Below, piece after piece: positions 11,878-24,800 of a DNA stretch of 64,000 nt. This stretch comes from Trichodelitschia bisporula (Eukaryota): assembly GCA_010356995.1 (NCBI GenBank), contig ML996702.1, forward strand, positions 679,609 to 743,608, written 5' to 3'. Position 1 is the first letter of the stretch, and every line of letters begins with the position of its first letter. The position numbers and the translations under genes are program-made. The notes beneath the pieces were generated by a model. That model saw nothing but the letters and a program-made list of their open reading frames with translations. It had not been told where the DNA came from and did no database searches.

Positions 11878-13789
11878 ATGGCTGCTTTGAGTGTAGCTAC
11901 GACGACGGTGGGGGGGGATGGAGGTGGGGAGGCTCCTGCGTCGCCTCATCATGTGTTCAGCCCGAGGCAGAGGGGTGGGGTTGTCTGGCTTGTTAGTTGG
12001 GCGGCGATGTTTAGTGGGTTGAGTGCGAATATTTATTTCCCGGCGTTGGAGGAGGTGGCGAAGGTATGTTCTATCGCACTTGTATGCATCTCTATCGAGA
12101 TCAACGATGCTGACGATGGCAGGATATGCATGTCACCTACAGCACCGTCCTCAGCAGCATCACTATCTTCCTCGTTCTCCAGGGCGTGTCGCCGAGCTTC
12201 TGGGGCCCGTTGAGCGATGTCTACGGCCGGAGGGTCATCTTCGTCGGGACGTTCGCTTGCTATGTCCTTGCGAATGTGAGTACCGGTCATCGATGGCGGA
12301 GACGAAAGCTGATGAAATAGCTCGGTCTCCTCCTCTCGCGCTCCTTCCCAGTGCTGCTCTTCTTCCGCGCCCTCCAGGCTACGGGCGCCGCCACCACCAT
12401 TGCCATTAGTACGTCTTCCCCCTCCCACTTCACTCCCCGCTGACATCCATCCAGGCTGCGGCGTCATAACCGACATATCAACCTCAACAACACGAGGCGG
12501 TTACATGGGCAAAAACCAAATGAGTCCGCCCCGCCCCCCTCCCCCATCCCCCACCACCCTTCTAACCACCCAACCCAGTCCGCACAACCGCCCAAGCCCT
12601 CGGCCCTGCCATCGGAGGCGCCCTCACCCTCAAAACAGGGTACCACAACATCTTCGCGCTCCTCCTAGCCATGGGTCTCGGCACCCTTCTCCTCATCCTC
12701 ATCTTCCTCCCCGAAACGCACCGCTGCATCGCGGGCAACGGGTCCGTCCCGCTGCACGGCCCGCACAAGCCCTGGGTCTACAGTCTCCGGGGACAACCCC
12801 ACGCCGATGCCAGCGCGGAGCGTACACCGCGGCCGCGGCTGCGCCCAGCAGCCTTTTTGGCGCCGCTGCGAATGCTGGGGCAGCCGACGTTTGCGGTGAG
12901 TCTTTTTGTGGGGGCGTATGTGTTTGCGGTGCAGAGCGTGGCGCTGGCGGTGGCGGCGAGGATGTTGAGGCTCAGGTATGGGTATAATGTGCTGGAGATT
13001 GGGTTGTGCTTTTTGCCGAACGGTGCGTCCTCCTCCCCTCTCCCCACACCCAACCCCCCCTGCTCCTCCTCGCGCCCACCCAGCTAACCCCCCACCCCAG
13101 GCCTAGGCTGCATGATCGCCTCCCTCCTCCACGGCCAGCTCCTGGACACCGCCTTCCGGGCCCACGAAGCCACGTACAGAGCGCACCACAAACTCCCCCT
13201 CACCATCCCCATAACCCCCACCTCAGCACCGAGCTTCCCCTTCGAGCGCGCGCGCCTCAGCATCGCCCCCCTCATCTTACTCAGCTTCGCCCTCGCCACC
13301 GGACTGTATGGCTTCGCCTTCCGCGGCCCGTTGTACTGGGTCTTGGTATGTAGCTTCGTGATGGGCGCGGCGCAGGCGATGATGCTCACGGTGACGGGGA
13401 CGTTGCTGGTGGATGTGGCGCCGGAGGAGGCGGCGAGTGCGACGGCGGCGAATAATCTTGCGCGGTGTGCGCTTGGGGCCGTGGCGACTGCTGTTGCGGA
13501 GCGGTTTGTGGAGAGGTTGGGGATTGCGGGGGCGTTTGGGACGCTGGCGGGGGGGGTGGTTGCTGTTACGCCGTTGCTGGGGGTTGTGTGGCGGTGGGGA
13601 CCCGGGTGGAGGGTGCAGAGGGCGAGGAGGAGGGAGAGGAGGAGGGAGGTGGAGGAGGGGAAGAGGGGGGTGCGGAGTAGGGCGGATTCGGGGGTTTCGA
13701 GGGTGGATGTTAGAGACGGGGAGGGGGAAGTTGTGGTTGAGCCGAAGACGGAGGGGGAAGTGGTCGTTGAGACGAGGCGAGAGGTGTAA
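11878..13789 (+). CDS. MFS transporter, DHA1 drug:H+ antiporter type (Qdr-like)
   Basis: SANIYFPAL, QGVSPSFWGPLSDVYGRR (motif A), FRALQATG, LPETHRCIAGNGS, ASATAANNLARC. Multiple GT-AG introns; start codon uncertain. Confidence 0.9.
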
Positions 13790-14037
13790 TTGCGATCTTT
13801 TGGGTCTCCTTTGCGTTTGGGCGTGGTTGGTTGGAAAGGATACGGGCCTAGATATCAGCTCCTCGGCTTTCTTTGTGTATGGCATGGCGGGTTGGGAAAA
13901 GGTTGGAATCTAGGTAAAATCAGCCCCTCGGCTTTCGTAGGCAAAGACTACCGTAGGCGCTCTGATTACTCACTTTTGAACTCCGGGTACACCCAACACC
14001 TCGCTGGACGCTTAAAATCAAAGCATACTCCATCGCT

Positions 14038-14760
14038 TCACCGAATACTCCTAACCAACTCCCTCAAGTCCCCGCCCTCAACCCACCCCTCCCCTCCCCC
14101 CCCAGGCACCACAACCCCCCACCCTTCCCCAACCTCACCCACAATCCGCGCCGGCCGGCCCGCAACCACACTATTCGGCGGGATAATCATGCCAGCGGGC
14201 ACCACACTATGCGGCAAAATCTTAACATTCTCCCTTACCATCACAAACGGCTGCAGCACCGCATGCGCGCCAATATGCACATGGCTGCTGATACTCGCCG
14301 CCTGGATATGGCAATTCGGGCCTGCCCCGCATTAGCCCATCCCAACACCACCCCCTCCCGCCTCACATACCAATAAACACATTATCCCCAATCTTCAACG
14401 GATAAAACGTAAACACCCCCCGACTCATGCGCATCGGCGGCTTGACCACCGTCCCCGTGCTAACCACCGTGCACCGCCCGATGCTGATGCTGGTGCTGGG
14501 CTTGCCATCCGCGCCGGGTTTGCTGCTTGAGGAGGAGGTGCGCGTGAGATCGCCGCGCAGGTGCACGTCGGCCATGATGACGGTTTTGCCGCCAAGGGTG
14601 ATGTTGGCTGTGCCGGAGATGTTGGCGCGGCGGCTGACTTTGTTGCCTGAGTCCTGTCGCGGGTTAGCTGGGTGCTAGACGGGACGGAGAGGGCGGGACG
14701 TGCCGTTTCGATGTATTCGCCTTTTGCGACTTTGCGCGAGGCGGTGGTGCGGGTGGACAT
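14038..14760 (-). CDS. DCTN5: Dynactin subunit 5 (p25), left-handed beta-helix protein
   Basis: EYIET|DSGNKVSRRANISGTANITLGGKTVIMADVHLRGDL ... PLKIGDNVFIG ... VVAGRPARIVGE. Two introns, the first GC-AG. Confidence 0.9.
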
Positions 14761-15228
14761 AGCTGCGTCGTCGGCGTCAGGATACAGCTGTTCAAGCGCA
14801 AAAGAGTAGAGGTTCAGGCGTGAAAGAGTAGAAAATGCACGCGGTCGTCGCGCTGATGTCCCACGCAGATGCGATATCCCGTGACCCGCCCCCAGCGCGG
14901 AAATTACCCCAACCGCTTCGCGCGAACGCCAAGACGGGCCCTCCCCCCGACGCCCACCCCCTCCACCCAAACTCCTGAAACGCACATTTGCGGCCGTGCC
15001 GCGGGCGAACACACGACACCTCTCCTTTCCGATTCAACCAAAGTCTCCCCCCGCTTCGTATTTCGCGATTCCTCCCGCTGCTTAATTTACATCTTGCTTG
15101 CGCATTCGTCCTGTTGTGAGCGCTGAGTTAAGAGCTTTCTCGACACGACTTCTCGGGCCCCTGAGACGCGCGCGCGTGCGGTTTGCGATACACGGCTTTT
15201 GAGAGGGAGTGAGCGCGACACAGGCAAG

Positions 15229-15996
<768 letters not shown>

Positions 15997-16289
15997 TAAT
16001 GTACACATTCACTGGGGTTGAGGGGGGCTTGAAGCGTTATTTGTCACGGTGTAGATGCGATTTTTATGGCGCCGTGTTTCGGGCCTGCGTGTGTGCAAAG
16101 TCGTCTGCAGTGCTCTGTATTTTTCAGTCTTATGCGAAAGCGCGGGAGCCTGTCACGGGGGGCGCAGCGGGCGGCGTTGGGTTCGCGTGCTTGGTTATGC
16201 TACATGCCGATTTTGCCGTCCGCCTTGTTCAGCGTGAATTGAACCTCCAACATTGAGCTTCCAACATTGAGCTTCCAACATTGAGCCTC

Positions 16290-17769
16290 CTACAACCGCT
16301 CCTTGTCCTTGTCCTCTGGCTCGCAGAACGCTTTGTAGGCTACCAGGGGCTCGTCTTCGGCTTCGATGACCAGCTCCGCCGTTGCGCCGATGAAGTAGAC
16401 GAACCCGGGCTGCCGTGCACGTTAGTATGGGAGGGATACGGGGGGTGTAGGCATGTACCGCTAGTTCCTCCACCTTCGGCCCAACACTGATTTTACCCCG
16501 CCCCTCCGTGCACAGCAGTATGCTCGGCCCCTCAATCCCCTCAAGCGTAACCTTCGCCCCCTTACCGCCGAGGCACGCCTGCACGACCGCGAATTCCGCA
16601 ATGGGGGGGTCATATAGCTGCACAGCCGAATTCAGCGTGTACGCCTTGGCATTGAGGCTAACATAGGGATACGGCACGGGTTGGAGCTTTTGGGCCTCGA
16701 TGGGGGCGTAGGAGTATGTGAGCATGCTGGTGAGGGTGCTGACGTCTTTAAACTTGGGGGTGAAGCCGGCGCGGACGACGTTGTCGGATGCGGCCATGGT
16801 TTCGATGACGTCCCCCGAGAGGTAGGCGTGGATGTCGTCGGCTTTGAGGAAGAGGGCTTCGCCGGGGGAGAGGCGTACGTGGTTGAGGAGGAAGAGGACG
16901 AAGAGGCCTATGTCGGAGGGGAATTGGCTGTTCAACCGTTGGACCAGGGCAGAAAGTGTTGATTCTCCGGCGAAGGATTCGCCTTCTGACTCGGCCTGCT
17001 CGAGGAGTTTGGGGGCCAGGGAGGAGACCTTTTCCGGGGAGGAGGTCATGAGGGCGGTGAAAAGCGTCTTCAGCGCGTCTTTGTTCGCGGCCACGGCGGA
17101 TTCGTCCTCGGAAGTCTCCTGCCCCTTAACCGTGCTCTCGAACTTACTCGCCGCCTCCTCGCCCACCAACTCCCGCAACGCGCTCACCTTCCCCAAAAAC
17201 GCCGCAATCTCGCCCAACGGCCGGAAACCACATAACCCCTCAAAGGGCGTAATCGCAATCGTCATCTCCGGCTTGTGATTATCATCCGGATAGTTCTTCG
17301 GATCTTTCGCATGGAGCTGCTCGGCGAGGCCCTTGTTCGGATGCGCCTGGATGGACAGCGCCTTGTTGATGCTGAGGACTTTGAAGAGGAAGGGGAGGGC
17401 GCTGTCGTATTTGGCGGCGATGGCGGGGCCGAGGAGGGAGGTGTTGTCCCGCACCAGGTCGAGGAGCGTGCGCCCGGTGACTAGGTCTTTGGAGGGGAGG
17501 GAGGGGTGCGTGCCCATCCAGAGCTCGGCGTAGGGTTTGTCGCTGCTGATGGTGAAGGAGTCGGAGGGTGTGGCGGCGGCGAAGCGCGCGGCGGCTGAGT
17601 CGTGGCCGACTTTGCCTGCGCTTGTTAGTGATTGTGAAGTGGAGCGCAGGAGACGCACCCCAGTCATAGCTGTTGACGCCTGTGGAGCAGAATGTTAGCT
17701 ATGTCGTCATTTCAGGGTGAGTGCGATGGACCTACCAGCTTGCAGGCGGAAGAGAGGAACAGGTGGCAT
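16290..17769 (-). CDS. PMI40: Mannose-6-phosphate isomerase, type I
   Basis: YDWGK across short exons, [64 protein letters not shown]. Confidence 0.96.
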
Positions 17770-18113
17770 TTTCTTGAAGCTATTGAGAAGACGCTGAGTG
17801 AAGGAGGAGAATTTGCCAAAGACCAAAGTGACGATGGAAGCGGTGAGGTTCTGTTCAAGCTCGACGCCATCCGTCAATAGCTCCCCCCACGTGCACCAAC
17901 CCCGCCACGCCCAACGCAGCTGGGGCAGTCAAATCAAGCTTTGCGGGAGCTAACCGCGCCGGGGCTAGCGCGGTCGTCACCTCGCGGGCACCGCACAGGC
18001 GACAAGGCCGCATATCGGAACTCCTACATCAACTCCAACTCCTCACCCTCTCCACTTCTTTATCTCCCACTCTGATTATCGATTTCGGGGGTTTTGACCA
18101 CATATCACCCACA

Positions 18114-19248
18114 ATGTCAGTCCGCGTCCGCGCCCGCCCCGGCCTGGTCAAGGACGAAGCCGACGAAGAACGCTCCCTGTGGAGTAACATCCGGTCCGAT
18201 GGCAAACGCGTCGACGCGCTTGTTGTACGTCCCCCTCTCCCTCCCATCACTCACCCCTAACCTTCGTAGGCCGAGCAAAACACCAAATGGGCACGCATGC
18301 AAGAACTAAAGGCCACGTTGGAAGCCCAATGGTCCGCCAACGAAGACCCCTCCCTCGCCCTAGAAGACGAACTCATGCGTCTCGCACGGGAAACCCTCAA
18401 GCTCGACGAGGAAATCGCGACCCTGACAGAAGGCGAGGCCGAGTCCGACCCCTCGTCTCTCGTTGGGTCCCTTAGCTTGCTCACCGCCCTCCGCGCCTCG
18501 TCCGAGGCCGATAGCCTCGTCCCCACGGTCCGGGGCCCAGGGCCGAAGAACCGCGGTCCAAAGCGGAAGGCCGAGAGTATGAGCGGGACGCCGGCGGACG
18601 ATCGCGATAGCCTAGCGGCGGAGAGTCCTGCGCCTGGACCCTCGCCCAAGATGCTTGTGCCGGCGACGACGAGGCTCAAGGTTGCGGCGGGGAGCCGGGC
18701 TGGGAGTGTGCCGGCAGGCCGGGAGGCGAGCGTGAAGATCGAGGACGATGAGAGGAGTGAGTTCTCGTACACCGTAATCTGGACGTGGCTAACGAGCAGC
18801 GGGGGGAGATGAGGGCCGCCCGCGGTACGGCGTGGGCACCGAAGTGCTCTACCGCAAAAAGGGGGGGCAGAAAGACAAAGACGCGGAGGGGGAGGGGATA
18901 CTCTGTCAAGTTACGGCTGTGATAGGCGAGGGCAAGCAGCGGCGGTATGAGATCCGCGACACGGATCCGGATCTGGATAATCCGAGTCCGTATCGGGCGA
19001 GTTTGCAGCAGATGACGCCGATTCCGCCGACGGATGCGAAACTGCCTGACATACCGCCTAGGAAGAATGTGCTTGCGTTGTACCCCGGCACGACGACGTT
19101 TTACAAGGCGGAGGTGGTGAAGACGAGGGAGAGTGTGGAGCCGCCGCCCCCAGGCCATGTGCGGCTGCGGTTTGAGGGTGAGGACGAGGCAGATCGGGAG
19201 ACGGATGTGGAGCGGCGGTATGTGCTTGTGGACTGGACGGGCAAGTGA
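18114..19248 (+). CDS. SGF29: SAGA-associated factor 29 (tandem Tudor domain)
   Basis: EERSLWSNI N-terminus, helical middle region, GEGILCQV...RRYEIRDTDPD, VLALYPGTTTFYKAEV, LRFEGEDE...VERRYVL. Two introns. Confidence 0.92.
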
Positions 19249-19419
19249 TTTACGCGGGATGGACATATTGGGCGAATCTTCAGCAATGATTGGCAGAGCA
19301 CAGGACGGAATTTTTCAATGCGGTATCGTCGCCGTCTTTTGTCGGTAGCCAAGGCCGGCGTGTTAAATCATTCCTCGTAGAAGCCACAGGGTATAGAACT
19401 AGAACTATCGTTCCTCCGC

Positions 19420-20211
19420 TTACATGACCACGCAGCAGCCCTTGAGTGCCTTGAAGATGCCGGGCAGCGCCTTGACCACCACTTCCTCCAGCTTGTTATC
19501 CTGCTGCCCACCGTGCTGACCGCCATACTGCTGCCCACCATGCTGCTGCCCCCCATGCTGCTGCCCCCCATGCTGCTGCCCCCCATGCTGCCCACCATAC
19601 TGCCCCTGCCCCCCCCCATGCTGATACGGCGGCATCGGCCCCCCCGTCCCCGCCAAATCAACCCAAATCCTCCCCTCATTCTCCTCCACCCTCCACCCCA
19701 ACCCCATCTGTCCTAGCATCTCCTCCGCAGCGGGCCTAATCCTCGCCACGCCCCCCGCACTATGATTCCCCTTCCCCACAATAACATGCAGTCCCCTCGT
19801 CCCCCTCCTCCTCTCCTCCTCAATCCGCCCCCTCAATATATCCATCGCCTCCTCGACATACAACCCGTGCAGATCAATCGCATCGCCCGCGACCCGCCCC
19901 CCGGCATTGTTCTCGCGGAAGATCAGGCCCGCGGCTTGCGCGTTGAGCTGATCAGCTTTCGCGCCGTGTGCTTTGCCTTCTTGGGAGAGGGCGTGCGCGC
20001 GCGCGCCGTCGCCTGACGTGTAGGCTTCGTGGCTGGCGGCGAGGGCGCGTTTGCGGGCGGAGATTTCGGTGCGGGCGGCGGAGCGGAGGCGGTCGTATTC
20101 TGCTTCTATGGAGGAGTCTGGGGCGTGGTTGAAGGCTGTTGGGGGTTAGAGGGAAGGTGCGATGGAGGGGGGTGACGTACCGCGCGGGGTTAGTTCGTGG
20201 GCGGTGGACAT
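19420..20211 (-). CDS. DUF1771 + Smr domain protein (putative endoribonuclease) with GGQQH repeats and C-terminal CaaX-like CCVVM
   Basis: EYDRLR..A, AYTSGDGARAHALS, IFRENN...IDLHGLYVEEA, LHVIVGKGNHS, NEGRIWV. One intron near the start. Confidence 0.9.
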
Positions 20212-20844
20212 TTTGGCCGTTTTGAGGGAGGTGCGAGGGGGGATGGGGAGGGAGGAGGGAGGTGCGATGGTGTTCGCGATGGAAGTCGCGATCGGACGTG
20301 CGGCTGGGGTGGGGCTGGGGATGTGTGCTGGATGGGGTTAGGCTGAGATGGGATCGAAGGAGGGGGGCTGGTGATTGGTTGGCTGGGCGCGCGGGAGATC
20401 GACGGGATTGGCGGGGGTCCGGGCGCTCTGTTGTTACTTCCTCTCGGCATGGACGTTGTTGCCGACGTGGGATGGAGTGGTCTTTCCCTGAGGAGATGAA
20501 GGGAAGGAGATATCGAGGGTGTGCGGGGTACGCTTGCCTCTTTTGTATGCTGCTGTGGAAGGAGCCGCCCGTCTCATTTGTATATCGAACTGTCCTGCCT
20601 TCCTGTCTTCTTCTCCATCCGCACTTCATCCGTGAATACCATCACTCAAATCCATCATTCAAACATCCTCAACATCCATTTCACTTCAACCGTCATGGAA
20701 CTACACAGAAAGCCTCTTGCGGTCTTCGCAAAGCACCAAAGCTAAGGATAGAGACCTTCGTATCAGCTCTTGACAAGGTTCGGCTCACACCAATTCTATA
20801 GACAATCTAACAGCAGCACAGTCCCCACCAACCAACGCACAATG

Positions 20845-21875
20845 GCCGAGGTGAGGATGGGGAGTGCCATGTCTGCAGCCTCAAGCGATGAGCATGGCAC
20901 CGCGCGCTCACCGGGGCTATTTCCGATCGACATGAGGATCGGGATGACATCACACCGCGCATTTGGGGCACTCATTCGGCCAAAATCAGGAGCCTTCGGC
21001 ACCACTTGGGAGTTCGATGACAGCTGCCCGCATCTTGGCGTCCTCGCGGACAAGGTGCGCTGGACCGCGCGGAGCATTATCAGACAGCGGACTGCCGCAG
21101 GTCCGGGCAGGGGAGATCAGCGAAGCCTGTTTGGAGGTTTGGGCTAGAGGCCTAAGGGGTACGCTTTTCTGCCAGGTGCCGCGCACGGTAAGTCCTTAGC
21201 TTATTTCTTATTAATACTTACCTGTTACTAGGATCTATTGCAGGGTAGGGCGGGCGTGGCTGGAGGATTCCGAAGAGGTGGAGCCAGGTCACAGACTGGG
21301 AGAAGGAAGACATGCTAGACCGCCTCCATGCGCAGGTCCCCTGGCTTCGCAGGCATTTCGAGGGCTACTGGACATCTGAATTGCTCCGCCGTGCGTCTGG
21401 ATACTCAAGAGCGACATCACCTTCCCCGTGACCCTGTTCTACCGCATCGAGGAATGCCGCATCATGGGACACGGAGAGGATACACCAAAGGCACGTTTGC
21501 TGCTCACATCGACTTTCAAGATGAAGCCGGAGTTCCGAATGCTTCGGCAATGGCAACATCCCGTCTACTGGTGATGCCACCAACGACAGCATCTCGTCTA
21601 CGGGTGATGCCACCAGCCACAACATCTCGTCTACGGGTGATGCCACCAACGACAGCATCTCGTCTACGGGTGATGCCACCAACCACAACATCTTGTCTAC
21701 GGGTGATGCCACCAACCACAACATCTCGTCTACGGATGGTGCCACCAACCACAACATCCCGTCTGCGGGTGATGACGCCCATCACAACATCACGTCTACG
21801 GGTGATGCCACGAACGGCAACCTCCTGTCTACGGGTGATGGCGCCAAAGACAACATCCCGCTCGCGGACCCGTAG
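20845..21875 (+). pseudogene. Probable disrupted gene of unknown function ending in an 11-aa tandem repeat
   Basis: Protein-like segments in shifting frames (e.g. RWSQVTDWEKEDMLDRLHAQVPWLRRHFEGYWTSELL near 21270-21390) and a GTAAGT..TAG intron at ~21188-21231. No continuous ORF. Confidence 0.35.
21555..21860. repeat. 33-bp tandem repeat (~9 copies; one frame reads STGDATNHNIS)
   Basis: TCTACGGGTGATGCCACCAACCACAACATCTCG-like units start exactly every 33 bp: 21564, 21597, 21630, 21663, 21696, 21729, 21762, 21795, 21828. Confidence 0.93.
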
Positions 21876-22168
21876 AAAAGAACGCAAAGCCTTTTCTCTA
21901 CGACGCCGCCACGGGCGAGTACCTAGATGGAGTCAATATCAGGGCCGCCCACCTGGTACCATACACGGCTGGCCCAGACATGTTAATCGCGCTATTTGGT
22001 GAGTACGCGAAGGACGATATGATGTCGGTACGTATTTTCTTCTCTTCTTTTTCTATTCTCGGGAGGTGGAGGAGCGTCTCGAGATATAAAAAGCTACCTA
22101 GAAGAGAATATAAGCTGACATTTACCATAGGATCGGAACGGCTTATCGCTTCGACCTTCGGTTGAGAG

Positions 22169-24040
22169 TGTCACGGGATCCTCTGGGGGCTGCCTCCCAG
22201 GGTCACGTGCCCACGGGAGCTGCAGAGATCCTCCGATCTCGGGCGTGGTTGACACCTGCCCGAGTCCGGTCTCCACCCACACGCTTGTGCCTACCGTAGC
22301 GAGATGTTTCGGACTGAAGGGTATTTGAGCCTGCAGAGCTCCTAGCCATCATCTCCCCAAGTAAATATTCTGTTTGTTGAGCCAAGCTTGTTTGTGTTGA
22401 GGTTTCTCCATGACAGAGAGAGCAATGGACGATGGTGCAATCGTCATTGTGCCCAACCTGCCGAATGACCCTACCGTCGGGCAAGTGGCACAATGGGAGG
22501 CGCGGGACCCGGCTTCCTCAAGCAACGTGGGACAACAGGCCATCACCAGGGACGAGGTCGTCGTCTTGATGAGGGGCGCGTTTGATGACTGGCGTCGAGA
22601 GTTGGTTCTGACACAGGCACAGTTTCGAGGGTTCGGTGCGGGCGGGTAGATGAGAAAAACGAGAATACGACCCCAACTCTGCGATGGGCAAGAACGAAGA
22701 TCTCGAGGAGTTTACACTCCGCTTCCGGAAGACCATCGCCCCATTGAGGTACAATGAGAAAGAAAAGTGCGAGCACTTTCGGCGCCTGCTCTCTTTCCGC
22801 CTGGCTACACAGATCGCCAATGAAGCAAGCCATCGGCGTCCCCGGTGGTGATCAAAGTCTCCCAGGGCTCTGCATCCAGAAAGCTTGAGGGCGGCCTCGG
22901 CCATCCTAGTGTCGCCTGGCGGAAGGCATTGATCCGATCTGGGTATCCCCGGAAATCCGTCCACAGTTGCCATGGCTAGGTCACGCCCTTCCGGTCCTAG
23001 GGCGGTTGGGCATCGCACTGGCTCCTAGAGAAATATGTGGATGACGCATATGGGCAGTGCTTCCGGAAGAAGGGCAAGGAGGCCGGGAGCGGCGCGGGCG
23101 GCGAGGAGGGCGAGGGGGCCGGGGCCGGTGCGTGGGACGAGGAGGCCGGTGATGGCGAGGGGGATGAGGGGGTTGGGGGCTACGAGGAGGACGAGGCCGG
23201 GGGCAGCGGGGCAGAGGACGAGGCCGGGGCCGGCATGAAGAGCGAGGAAGAGGAGGACGCCGGAATAGGCCGACGACCGCGAGAAAGGCGGGCGATTCAA
23301 AGATACTACTTGTGTCGGCAAATGCAATGTCTCCATGCCCTCCCGCCTCACGATCGACGACCACGTCGAGCACTTTACGGGCCGACCAAGATGGAAGACG
23401 GCTGCACTAGACAAGCCGGACCCGACCGGCTTCAAATACTACATCATTAACCACCGCAGATACGAAAATCCTTGTCGAGATTTCTCTTCTTTACTACCTG
23501 TCACGGGGCCTGCAGAGGTCAACTGGGCCAGGCATGGCTTCCACGCGTGCCCGGTCTGCTCAATTGACCGGAAGGACCACACCAAGTAGGGCCTGCAAAA
23601 AATGTTGCATCTCCACCGGTACCCTTCCACACCGTGGCGACTGACTTCGTCACCTGCTTCCCGACGACACAATCAGGCAGCGACGCGTTCATGAGCTGTA
23701 CCGACAAGTTCACGAAGAGGGCCTTGCTCCTGAAGGGTCTGAAGGACTGGAGAGTAAAGGGCGTGGATGCCTCAAAGGAGCGCGGAATTGGTGCAGTGCT
23801 ATACCCCACGAAGTCCAACGACATGGAGGTGCAGGAGATCAAGCAGTCGGAAAGTCGACCCGTCATGTTCTCGAGTCGGACGCTGAAGTCCGCCGAGCTT
23901 CAGTATTGGCCGACAGAGTTTGAGATCGCGGGATTGTGAGGGCAGTGTCAAAGGTCCGTTATCAAGCGGAAGCCAGTGACTTTCCGCTCACGGTCTTCAC
24001 GGACCATTCCGCGGCAACCTTCATCGCTCGCCATACATTA
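22169..24040 (+). mobile_element. Degenerate, internally deleted Ty3/Gypsy LTR retrotransposon
   Basis: Candidate 5' LTR 22169-22415 (TGTCA...TGACA) followed by ATG at 22425. Gag-like MGKNEDLEEFTLRFRKTIAPL. Integrase pieces HGFHACPVC and PFHTVATDFV..DAFMSCTDKFTK. RNase H pieces DASKERGIGAVL, PVMFSSRTL..AE..YWPTEFEIAGL and VFTDH. No RT core and no 3' LTR seen. Confidence 0.82.
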
Positions 24041-24059
24041 CTTGTAGGGTGACTGGGAT

Positions 24060-24800
24060 ATGGAGCAGTATCGGGAGGTTGAGCACGAGCAGGACCAGAC
24101 AGAGGATATTGTGACGAATTCGTACTGGGAGTCGCCCCACCTTGTTTTTCAGTTCCGAGAAGTTGTCGTTAGAACCCTAACCAAACAATCTTGCAGCTCG
24201 ACTTGACCACTTTCTGGCCCGAGTAAGACCGCCGTGACGCTCTCAAAACATCAACTAGCCGGCAGCGACTCGTGCGATCTTCAGCCTTCCATCGTCTCCG
24301 AACCATGGGCCGTTCTATCCTTTTCCTCCCAGCCATCTGTTCAATATTCTCCGGCCGATTTTGTTCGCCAGATCTTCACCCGGAGCCTACGCTGAAGAGG
24401 TGAACCTTCTATCCGGAGGCCTTGAATGCTTTTCCCTCTCCACCGCTGAAAGATGTGCGCCGCGCCTGGCCGCGGATCTAACTCCAGGATCGGCCTTGTG
24501 GCTGGGACAAGTACTCCGTATCGACCCGCAAAATGGTGGCACAAAACTACAACGGGCTTCTGGCCTGGCTGCATCGCAGCAAGCTGGCGCGGAGGGGCCG
24601 AATTCCTGCGATTTCAGATAGGTTGGGGGACGTGATGACGTTGCGGCAAATTGAACGGCCGGGAAAGCTTGAGGCCGGATGGGTGAAGGAGAGAGGCGAT
24701 CTTTCGGCCCCGCATTTCCCCGTCCGACGTCAAGTCTCCTGCGGGCAGTTGATCCCTCAACTTCATACGCTTCTTCTCAAGACACGTTTTACAGCTTCTT
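24060..24800 (+). pseudogene. Disrupted gene of unknown function ('partner A', copy 1)
   Basis: 24380-24640 aligns by eye to the reverse complement of 35333-35594. Reconstructed peptide PEPTLK..YPEALNAFPSPPL.DV...W..IQLQ.R; contains stops and frameshifts. Confidence 0.55.

Noticed and set aside
16244..16290. 14-bp repeat TCCAACATTGAGC(T/C) x3 after the PMI stop
   Set aside because: Short slippage-type duplication in a 3' UTR; no evidence of function.
21555..21860. Regularly spaced repeats as a CRISPR array
   Set aside because: Units are contiguous with no unique spacers, there are no cas genes, and the context is eukaryotic.
23499..23510. Second TGTCACGG as the start of a 3' LTR
   Set aside because: Similarity to 22169 stops after ~9 bp and it is followed by integrase coding remnants.
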